Positions 48,801 to 51,885 of a stretch of DNA of 63,643 bases are shown piece after piece (within the stretch, counting starts at the first letter, position 1; every line of letters begins with the position of its first letter). The position numbers and the translations under genes were made by a program. The notes beneath the pieces were generated by a model, which had not been told where the DNA came from, ran no database searches, and was given only the letters and a program-made list of their open reading frames with translations. The DNA lies in assembly GCA_944359935.1 (NCBI GenBank), contig CALVTD010000002.1:1-63643 (forward strand). The letters are read 5' to 3'. This DNA comes from an uncultured Clostridia bacterium (GTDB lineage Bacteria; Bacillota; Clostridia; Christensenellales; UBA1242).

Positions 48801-49546
48801 CAACTGAAGAGGGAATTGCTTATTTGCTTGCAGAAAGTCCGTTATGGGCAGGTTGGGATGATTGTTATATAACATCAGATGAATTATATTTCATCAAAAA
48901 AAATCCATCATGGTTGTCATGGACAGGCGACGCGACAGTTGTTAATAAAACTGGTGGCGCTGGCGGCAGCCCTGGAACAGCATACTATTATGGCAATGTT
49001 TCCAATAGTCACACAGCGACTGAGGAAGAGCCATATACAATAAGCGGAGCGTTATTGACGGGAACAGAAGGAAAAGATGGCGCACGAGGTAACGATGGCT
49101 GGGGCGGAATCAACTTGATAAAATACACTTCTTCAATAAACAGTAAAGGAACATATGATGTCTGGGGTTCTTTATGGAAAATCAATTTAAATGGTAACCG
49201 AAATAGCAATGACGATAATATTTCTTATATAACTTCAACCTTTTCTTTTGATGAACCTAAGGCTCCTGCAAACATAGATTCTTGTTTTGATTCCAATGGT
49301 AATTTTGCTGCAGATGCTTGGGGCGGCCCGGAAGGTGGACTAAGTGGAACGTGGATAAATATAATTTATAATAACTATAAAACTGCAGGTTATATCTCTT
49401 GGGTTGAAATGAGGCTTCATTTGGGAGGTGCTGCAGGGGGTGACGACAGAACGCTGCGATCTGCATATCAAGCATTCTATGTAACAGAAGGAATAACAAG
49501 TGCTATTTGCTATGATTATTCTGCTGTTAACTCAAATACAGATTAA
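30845..49546 (+). CDS. Giant (6,233 aa) putative lipid-anchored surface protein: Ig-like arrays, repeated GLUG-type beta-helix modules and a glycine-rich C-terminal module
   Basis: Uninterrupted ORF with a strong Shine-Dalgarno. The signal MKNKFSKFFVALLSTFLLFGGVVFTAC has a lipobox Cys at residue 27. A Big_2-like segment reads ...ITIEGKSEGSASIVLRSHEGNGQKVINVYVY. I count about 40 copies of h-GG-hhG-(4-8 aa)-G-x-I-x-N motifs, for example VGGFVGYMAGGEISHSYV and IGGLIGANHATISAITNV. There are five module-opening motifs of the type Y.L..DIDL...F.G.(F)DGNGHTI. No LPXTG, SLH or C-terminal TM. Confidence 0.9.
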   Translation: MKNKFSKFFVALLSTFLLFGGVVFTACGEAAHATISVSSQDFVSEDYIEIDLGSDDTTALITATVDGVSSGRVSVNNDFQSIISANAVYNESSNSTQITIEGKSEGSASIVLRSHEGNGQKVINVYVYSDILGVEQKQDSAGSSNQYVVKGEATVLDSDRFLSFTSREGGESNRKDVTWQLVSIDEHTTLEGNVLTVGQDSTLTNVLLRATSVYKPEYYADVNLTVVSALPDIQLDFSRNPDAFSDQIEEGESFNIVKNDDSQEEAVGYIRLTVDTPTGGDLPSLQVDRIVTGEDGESSARVSITTYNTPVSATSTQIIYQIRAIANDANTLPEVLDVRFDVGYENFNYTKSSVNFQINLVDVIDRIEVTSNGQTITSGDELEIYDNYNGDSSYQFGRPFVVSLGPDTVANDQALFDIELSSADGLNINDYIRIYNERGQQIVLEQDGNAFVARGLANNSLIYIRTAENFEEEAAIDCRFVSQQSPSVYLDVDLVCYRSPNANFSIGTQAVRYISTYGENTILVEVYSTSLVGINRGLSLSDVQSDLFEISNFSFDSATGTIRFNVSNLQQNISNENLSISLYIRHENGYRSIENIVIAPYLPMNEASITHQGQSSTAISKVEYDIQDFGAIEGSNSLQSLIMRLGSSVTLNLNTNSATSISFAFRYNNAAMPEDINADNLNNILGLFANAETEQDRYATFDYATNRLTLAANDFKGYVLFTFTGYDENHGQVLAYRIFYLESYTPPTRLSPNPSNLTLTALDSIAQQERDLATQSVSISYRVDGNAITYAGANYVSFQSVAGLTGTYGDNYIKFGNYRIENIVITNRNITFDIIAETTDGYQSFTDQIVVTYTVFGINYLATIDLVIENADRVEVVEWENASADGIIYLDLYGQSTEDTTYPLITNVEPSDAHNIELAYMFVPNAGTQTDLVEISDLGVVSINDNATVGGTGYIFIYPKDAVRVYDGIEQFVYYIDDENGNADSYQTPLTQLGNYFEQIASGYYNKIDGTQQTKIYYSQFIQRIEVVVADGLSEETATRIYNSTQLENIQTNRHYELMNSVTLSNWQSLAALTGSLRGTDENVVISFTGTSQPLFESIGEGGRVRQFRVIGNVTGGGFIANENNGEISNITVGVDSTGETVAPSKVTGKEIADTAVYAGAIVGYNTGSITDVRVEGASVEIAGNSYAGMIAGYNSGTITNAYAEFYIFSSSTTGDGEDAVTTNQTNTISGQYVGGFVGYMAGGEISHSYVYNYNLSGTTQATLPLQGATDDTVGAFAGYVAGGRVYNSFSLIFATENDGLSEVGEEAEGATFTTADVYWGYGSNRERINNSNNWIYKADTNNFQSYVRNDEQHLTFYQEQMVENVNAFTIASTEQSVPVGADAGILYIYKLRSSYNLSDSQNSELTAYNTISLSTLFGESGSNLVALSNNSNIAEIVGNNIVLHDVGDFELTISSKQNYSLSKTFAIKVLYVIDDFTISHNEVQTSGFTVQEGKSANVDFSVTSNIYLRGQSFNLQLNSMQINMNLQNETLENNVDLTVNGMVGQITVLPGTKQLASNFVVDVNISVTGLDEAYNEAIMGASQRQLTITPVLGANDIRISADSLNIVPAYDSKLEVVLVTDEPSDDLILSVMKDDAEAYLTQRADEEDGDNLIFSFAGEDVLNIHVAKSTVNEGQISYTLTISIIDSYRSTIMQAEGYTLYISSQTGTTDKENIPVSLTLTSQPINHVDITNYRGGNTSSTNGVNVYSRTYEAVSVLSPGRSSVMEIYIDPDFAYYEYMTLTYQNTDGAVLGITKMDRYNDSNNQYTTDTSSNVSYIANGVRVGRESDGFFAFRLTAAGNISQDTTFILSANFYDANGNLVCETTTYELYISYLPEAEITIDGEISALVAKGGNLQLTIMLRNDQTLDALIPENTTGITIAPESTWVVTDNQDGTKTITANLYANLNAGVLSGKTDEESGQPIAENGEFTIRAQVSRVTNGVQEIKTSYAYVTIVDFLPESASVQEATYDEDLGMDVLSAYIGIPITIDFDYTFNPETYAYDNSNPDEAALAQELYEARNTFTSTGGYTDADGSFSINVSNGAVVPIYERLYNGNQRLDFTETSPKTWVYSNSNFRLTYRQTSATDGVLTVLGLVTTSSPIQITLRDTITLINSGSNVSYTINTTFAIGVEVHSDQDLPLLIEDAEDFLQVAQEGTAQNYILMNDIYLQNYTPISAANFLSLDGNGHTIHIQSFNTTGSGTLNLALFTEIPTGSIMKNIKVNYYTGGKITVDTTSSGYSTINIAGFAITNSGTITNCEVVAYEYDGATVQNGDVGIIVSYVRGSTPYYIGDASITSNVAGFVITNAGSITNSKVGGEEIIVIGEQILDTNRTSYSTVELDNFVLSAQGQMAGFVLTNSGDIASSGVKNIQITNNASLTSSETGGFVVDNSGEIRTSYVEGAGEQTQVENDVSPHFTDTNISSRGIVAGFVVNNNTSGRISNGYSNILIKNDSELKSRTSAGFVYTNEGHIETSLSASYVEMADLLQLGFSGVDRNGNSLNSGTIELSYYINEDYNDDSLSDVQNVISNQATLVDKNEIRSNNAYYGFIFASENSTEDGVWMQSAYGPKLVSTQTLTVSHRYYVAISQDEYVLPYAILEDTANSSSARYNTAYGNDINPILITSALDFRDAMGESTSTYISAFFNDTEVFGSYRFTSDIDLSQLNNEQGNAEVQSIDKTFSGTIDGNGFAVNNISIRSSNNSVGLFGQAQTAVIKSLDLVVDNVTASNSYVVGGLVGLVQDSTIIDINLTQNVADEASSGVGVLGRNIAGGIIGAAFGSTRLNGLTVNNVIVQASYYDDNTSTNTSSLESMLYRTGFNPTLIRNSQRQNINNFYSNNMQNGGVGMVSFAGGIVGYLDIYNSLEASYTGFVYGGITSTDYSVTKLLTQGSVDVRGEVAGGVFGYTGYQTKAQDIGIKVAKSENSYASILSYNYFAGGIAGLANGQFYQVYAEHEESVQDAIEDTTSAYYISANTSTERGVLDLFRYTGQEGTGEYRYYPKYVGGLMGVMGSGTIYVGYNKLNAINYTTDGVSYAGGIAGAAIAGSSYYIDNNATQLRVLTNLYMQEVYSTGDVYAYGGEYNGGAISQTENHAFGGLFGVLEDNENLVMSSVNSFAHYGILDNPYYEQSAENTTGATIYAVAGKVDADASVTVMPSSTAISNSEGNTSSEITSLKSFGYMNSYSAAGISLTVEPYPGYDAEQAADADYYFVITSVSSFTSQTEGFTITNGAFINSRAWSNENWVHTTNTLYPEINFVNTVNYIYLDQNNVEIVLDRMQNSSIEVRVRGRNADGNGYGMVDLRGYDINIEGFSGTIVGYSTSADWGEDNAPELIRTSYYKESSDDTNASGYPGLIIDEPIFASTGSGFSVENLNIVVERADTPSTDEPFEFTGGIISSADVTDATIEGVTVYVRSPIVVNDLASNAGLLVPNAVNTSFRNIEIIFAYNLASGSSYIEFRHNPDEGDNNDGLNVGLLAGTILQNSIFEALRIQDITIKHPSLESANHVFQVNASGSVYAGLYAGRLAENVSNGTGSSGDGETEQPASPTQNYAGVIVEVKAPELTGSSTGDSMTSSISIASLINGETPTTLTSLTLGGYFGELTSQNARLALSTEQTYTQKIALRVSSSASTVTIGGIAGTAQLQNFEVNNTAQSDGNTLSTDVYLGSSAKLTNTTMGMLFGEASGSFNIQNLTVNGLLQSTAEGDAEGSLNKVSSIGGLIGANHATISAITNVAVNFDAYKDSKPALNNSAFTTGANNSVAIESLSFGGFIGTNYGSVSLTEGTNGEDNTYNNSGENYVAFAGDPTTFNLGDLIGSNVGNGLSVSNFASNGITVVNAADTSEILSIGGLIGSDNTAYITNIAASSSGADVQVLSNFFISAQNVNAGGMIGNLVKATSSNSKVISNAVFGGAFKFNITAEADNADGIHSVGGMIGKVPDSSDGGNVTETISIENTINYGDVIYTYADGESGESQLADYYFGGIVGQSVVATEDTPRARIQAEGNIIAFTNNNPRLASSKHETSALIGDGGSALLSNNNYYSSQLVLAVSDETRMVDSTYVSRKNVTNYAGYGTVNTTSILDRISARLGETDLGTKINPVTGDGSADANTNGIKYYAVVPNEGDFADNFAYIGDFAEINSPISTVGEHSFVAGVVVNNNADDETSTYEDQTNVGGLVHNLNGGIIYASMATGTLSVGGTNVKNIGGLVGLMNGGLIAESTSSVNIVYRAGKNGTTYGTASGIATTGTSAGTTGTTYNYFDKVYSTGEVASYISANVYAFTNGTNATVRDSYTISKVNRKDYTAEAVSGTIGVFGEASAHDNAGNWYDGNATEVQENVGASATNSTTKTLAYNAAAVDPNAGWKQNIEYNYGYPTRNFAAFDVSTTTEDGYYLIPNATKLAQIDDGPDLNYKLVRDIDLSKTSFASTDDKSSWKSVENSAIFDGDGHTINGLIKATLFSSAGTIQNLRVTNAEVTTGNAVVANSIENATNVIASGTLTITKAAQNSKIGGLFAASTYAGAQISNCKNYVAITAEGASLSVGGIIGSLPNEGSNTIKNCYNYSPITVNSAGGYVGGIAGQANTITGSGNENTVFNGYTTKITTTNTTTENNYYAGGIAGMAGSVSDCYNTSMVKAGHKSNTEASYAAGIVANGTASGCSNEGYIEALGKNYEISQISKPGVSVSGTEVKLNKNLTYGGGTRNVYASAIAINGTTISNSGNNSGSVYQNGNFGKQTIIKEGTHYDIATLGLNNVQLTKTGDITISLTGELVVAELDALGGPKSFYIKITRNINYGSGVDKPQTIYTSLQTIRSTYESQALTSGDDSTSISRSATTAPEGTNALQSVNIGGKLYAFVKDADAFKSTTNSGYAVATTTLLGTVELSHSTASDDDATIADLISAGYTFSVSSTTTNVTGVASINSARDGLNITFTYPTGIDSIAYSITATKSAYNQTITINPSNLFVGTENDKTVISISLSFDVITGASFDIGGYKFKAADARELTYTVGKDENANTIISALNGNSYLINTNAGSTYTTNGDGYGSYTFSSQAGSYDLENDLEKTYTGTRQESTDLAYIDTGLRPVAMDGDLVAGMTIGTPTADDRITLAAAPTVNAATASAQVEFTIRVLGHVDYIEALDIQANWCGYDEINVGDRVDLNNFRSAWLGVWMHHHLSGGTVVKDYDDFEAHMQVRGVTYTETYTEISLYVLMVSDLDESVSNITGDFWTQVGIPAMVLRFSYEDGTSLPENSTFEYAYEQTYTENISLADGSTLNLTYTKIDGTEELSWDLAYATDTGGILGYEVYQYDGVYYYTGSATYRLTSATITIGGYDNDNHTYLINGNYYHINAGTEILNNTVKRVSIAVDDMKNDADKTIDIYERTTTSSVSYTVTEENYYTAGTATAALYEEKLVLIDQTEANTITSSDSSITVNGTSYTISYSMSDGNYIVTFTPASGDAIVSQNDMAVFGNQEYSVYFDEENGTVTLNPQYSGSAGMLTIGGTTLFYILNGDGDIVVYQNGEEYDVANNNYTITINGTTYAISNRSELVEDELNVTVSSTTSGEGDDATTTYTLTYTRSDGVIESYQFVRFEYYLEQQSAQTSITLRNDAQTVTVPNGGYIDGDIAVTASGPYEGYDIVGNQVTFDAFSGENSRTYTISANYKNYSVGNQSVNVSGKTYNFDGVVLRGDIDLGALNDSLTLNIQNKGLLVGDGYFVNYYTSTTSLFKAPDNDNDNVNVNIIKDLNVAGTVAPTSGEKAGILLDVVKANLNNVKTYGTITTAKITYNSFTAGGVAYEISSSANITNVSNFASFSNNSKSFNMAGIVYTATGTSWAGSVSNYGTIVGVRGDDGTGAGAAGGKGQDVYAIANTISSQNVNSANIYNYGVVKAGDGGNGRRGADDIGGSDLKDDQTTNWLEYDSITKSNWTFSPYYMFVLSPLADNANEYLYKDDNGYLTPTEEGIAYLLAESPLWAGWDDCYITSDELYFIKKNPSWLSWTGDATVVNKTGGAGGSPGTAYYYGNVSNSHTATEEEPYTISGALLTGTEGKDGARGNDGWGGINLIKYTSSINSKGTYDVWGSLWKINLNGNRNSNDDNISYITSTFSFDEPKAPANIDSCFDSNGNFAADAWGGPEGGLSGTWINIIYNNYKTAGYISWVEMRLHLGGAAGGDDRTLRSAYQAFYVTEGITSAICYDYSAVNSNTD
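48542..48619 (+). repeat. Left arm of a 78-bp inverted repeat, inside the giant gene
   Basis: 73 of 78 positions are identical to the reverse complement of 49908-49985, by manual alignment. This includes perfect blocks of 30 nt (48562-48591) and 27 nt (48593-48619). It encodes ...SQNVNSANIYNYGVVKAGDGGNGR. Confidence 0.9.
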
Positions 49547-49550
49547 AAAA

Positions 49551-49574
49551 ACGGCTAAATTTAGCCGTTTTTTA
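49551..49574. terminator. Bidirectional terminator shared by the giant gene and the inverted cassette
   Basis: ACGGCTAAA/TTTAGCCGT is a perfect 9-bp stem (49551-49568), flanked by an A7 run and a T5 run. Confidence 0.85.
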
Positions 49575-50028
49575 ATAGCCATAGCATACTGTTGATAAGA
49601 ATTCGCCTTCTGGGCCTGCATATACATTAAAAGTAACATTATCACAAGTATATCTTAGAGATTCATATCCATATGATCCAGTTATATTATAATAAATTGA
49701 AATGTTTCCATATGTATTTTGATTGTTTGTATATGTTTTTGTCCCGCCAGTTCCATTATACCAACCTGCCGTATAACCAGCATATGTTCGCAATGAATAG
49801 TATGCTATTCCCACCGAGCCTGCTGCTCCACCAGCGGCCCCTTTGGTGCCGTTTGTTGGAGCGGTTCCGTCTGTGCTGTCGATGCCTCCTTTTCCGTCTG
49901 TGCCGCAGCGGCCGTTGCCACCATCGCCCGCTTTCACTACTCCATAGTTGTATATATTCGCAGAAACTGCATTTTGCGCAGAGATAGAGTAATGAGAGGT
50001 GGTTTTGTCAAAAACAATTTTTTTTCAT
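49572..50028 (-). pseudogene. Start-less paralog (silent cassette) of the giant protein's C-terminal glycine-rich module
   Basis: The open frame 49572-50024 encodes ...DKTTSHYSISAQNAVSANIYNYGVVKAGDGGNGRCGTDGKGGIDSTDGTAPTNGTKGAAGGAAGSVGIAYYS...CYGY. The giant protein has ...ANTISSQNVNSANIYNYGVVKAGDGGNGRRGADD...NKTGGAGGSPGTAYYYG. The only upstream ATG (50026-50028) is in another frame behind an A8 run and stops after 6 codons. No Shine-Dalgarno and no signal peptide. Confidence 0.6.
49908..49985 (-). repeat. Right arm of the 78-bp inverted repeat, inside the cassette
   Basis: See the left arm (48542-48619). The codon phase is the same in both arms. Confidence 0.9.
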
Positions 50029-50038
50029 GCGTTTTCAT

Positions 50039-50067
50039 TTGCGAATTCATGCGAAATTTGTTACAAT
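50039..50067 (+). promoter_or_regulatory. Promoter of the radC-like gene
   Basis: TTGCGA (50039-50044), a 17-nt spacer, then TACAAT (50062-50067). GGGGAGAG Shine-Dalgarno lies before the ATG at 50093. Confidence 0.5.
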
Positions 50068-50092
50068 TTAGTGTCGTTTTAGGGGAGAGTTT

Positions 50093-50806
50093 ATGGCAAA
50101 AATCAATGACGATGAAGCAAACATTCACGCAGGGCATAGGCAAAGATTGCTAAATCAAATTTGCAAAGCAGGCATTGAAAATATGAGTGATATTGTTGCC
50201 ATGGAATTTATTTTAACCTATGTTTTCCCGCGTTGCGACACCAACACAATCGCGCATAGGCTTTTGGATAAGTTTGGAAACCCCGCCGATGTTTTGAATG
50301 CGGATTGGACGCTTACAAAAAATGTAAAAGGTATGGGTGAGGCTTCGGCGAAAAAGTTGCACCTTCTTGTTGACATTTTCAATTACTACACAGAACTTTC
50401 TTTGGATAAAAAATATCAGTTTGCGTACCGCTCCAATATCGCAGATTTCTTTGAGGAACTTTTGAGATTTAAAAATGTTGAAACTTCCTACATAGTTGGC
50501 GTGGATGCTGCAAACAGGGTTAAATCAAAAATCAAACTTTCCATTGGTGGAATAAAAAGCGTGGGAATAAGCACGCATGAGATTGCAAATTTCATTACAA
50601 ACATCAAGCCCGCTTACGCATTTTTGGCGCATAATCATCCGCAAGGAAAAGCGCAGCCGTCCCAAGGTGATGTTGAAGGAACTCAAATTGTTGAGTCGCT
50701 GCTTTCAAGTTTAGGCGTTCCACTTATTGACCACATTATTGTGGGAATTGATGGCGTGTTTGGAATGAAAACCAACGAATATTACAGAACTTTTGAAAAT
50801 TACTAA
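50093..50806 (+). CDS. radC: RadC-like JAB/MPN-domain protein (UPF0758)
   Basis: N-terminal HRQRLLNQ... and an HhH-like segment VKGMGEASAKKL. JAB motif is FLAHNHPQGKAQPSQGDVEGT. Confidence 0.8.
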   Translation: MAKINDDEANIHAGHRQRLLNQICKAGIENMSDIVAMEFILTYVFPRCDTNTIAHRLLDKFGNPADVLNADWTLTKNVKGMGEASAKKLHLLVDIFNYYTELSLDKKYQFAYRSNIADFFEELLRFKNVETSYIVGVDAANRVKSKIKLSIGGIKSVGISTHEIANFITNIKPAYAFLAHNHPQGKAQPSQGDVEGTQIVESLLSSLGVPLIDHIIVGIDGVFGMKTNEYYRTFENY

Positions 50807-51165
50807 AAATTGATAAATTTTGCAATAATTGCGCCAATTAACCCACCAATCAAAGAAAAAATTAAACAAATTAATGCAAAAGTCACATATTTTGGCTTTT
50901 GTTTTTTTTGTTTGGTCTGGTTTTCGGTTATTTGGTTGCCTATTGGAAGAATGCATAAACAATAAACATTGTCGTCATCATATTTAACATGCACGCATTC
51001 GTTTCTTTCCAAAAAGGTGATGATGTTTTCAAGGCCATCTTCGTCAACTCTGTATTTTGCGGGCATGGCAGAAATTATGTCGGCTTTGTCGATGACTTTA
51101 TATCCCGAACCATGACACTCTTTTTGTAATATTTTTAAAACTAAATTTGATTTTAAATCCAGCAT
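50803..51165 (-). CDS. Membrane-anchored winged-helix-like protein, paralog 1
   Basis: 120 aa. An N-terminal domain of about 75 aa (LVLKILQKECHGSGYKVIDKADIISAM...LENIITFLERNECVHVKYDDDNVYCLCIL), a Lys-rich linker QTKQKKQKPK, and one C-terminal TM (YVTFALICLIFSLIGGLIGAIIA). It overlaps the radC stop by 4 nt, tail to tail. Confidence 0.55.
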   Translation of the reverse strand: MLDLKSNLVLKILQKECHGSGYKVIDKADIISAMPAKYRVDEDGLENIITFLERNECVHVKYDDDNVYCLCILPIGNQITENQTKQKKQKPKYVTFALICLIFSLIGGLIGAIIAKFINF

Positions 51166-51239
51166 GCTTTATTATTTGTAAATATTTGCATTTTTTGCAA
51201 CATATTATCGACATTTTTAGACAAAATAAATCTTGCATA

Positions 51240-51268
51240 TTGACTTATGGGCGTTTTTATAGTAGAAT
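51240..51268 (+). promoter_or_regulatory. Promoter of the 51292 gene
   Basis: TTGACT (51240-51245), a 17-nt spacer, then TAGAAT (51263-51268). GGGAGGAG Shine-Dalgarno follows. Confidence 0.55.
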
Positions 51269-51291
51269 AAAAACATATTTGGGAGGAGATT

Positions 51292-51816
51292 ATGAAAGTA
51301 TTAAGCGGATATGAAAATATGCCAGAAAGTTGGATGGAAGCGTTCGGTTTTGAAAAAGATGAAGTTGATAAAATGTTCGAAAAAGAAAAATATAAGTTAG
51401 CGTATATTTTTGAAGATATTTTAAGCGATAGGTTTTGTGATGTTATCGATGAATTAAAAAAAGGTTTTAGAAAAGTTGGATATACGACGATTGAAGATTT
51501 TGAACAATCTTTTAAAAATTTTGATGACAGATTTAAAAAAATGTTTTACAAAGGTTTTAATTTAGATAAAGATGTTGCAACTGAATATTTGAACAAAGTT
51601 ATGCCTCTTGTTAAAGAAAAGCAAGAACTTGATAACTATATACATGACATCAATGAAAAAATATCTGATTTGTTAGACAGCCCTTATCAGTATGATGTAA
51701 GCAGAGAAGAAAGCGAACTTGAAGCAGGGGAACAAAAAAGAGCCACAATTTTAAATAATTTAAAATTAAAAAAAAGATCAAGCGCATTTTTAAAAAGCAC
51801 ACAAGCCAGTTTATAA
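51292..51816 (+). CDS. Acidic 174-aa hypothetical protein in a very AT-rich gene
   Basis: Good promoter, Shine-Dalgarno and terminator. The sequence is rich in D/E/K/F (MKVLSGYENMPESWMEAFGFEKDEVDKMFEKEKYK...). No TM segment and no recognisable motif. Confidence 0.6.
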   Translation: MKVLSGYENMPESWMEAFGFEKDEVDKMFEKEKYKLAYIFEDILSDRFCDVIDELKKGFRKVGYTTIEDFEQSFKNFDDRFKKMFYKGFNLDKDVATEYLNKVMPLVKEKQELDNYIHDINEKISDLLDSPYQYDVSREESELEAGEQKRATILNNLKLKKRSSAFLKSTQASL

Positions 51817-51828
51817 CTGGTTTTTTTT
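51806..51828 (+). terminator. Rho-independent terminator
   Basis: CCAGTT-TAT-AACTGG overlaps the stop and is followed by a T8 run. Confidence 0.7.
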
Positions 51829-51885
51829 GTGTAAAAACATTTTGAATAGGAAATAAAAAAGTAAGCCAACAAGAGGTGAACTTTT

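Noticed and set aside
48542-49985. Diversity-generating retroelement, with the repeat arms as template and variable repeats.
   Set aside because: No reverse transcriptase gene is present. The five mismatches are mixed (t/g, t/c, a/g, a/t, a/g) and not adenine-specific. The arms are inverted coding paralogs.
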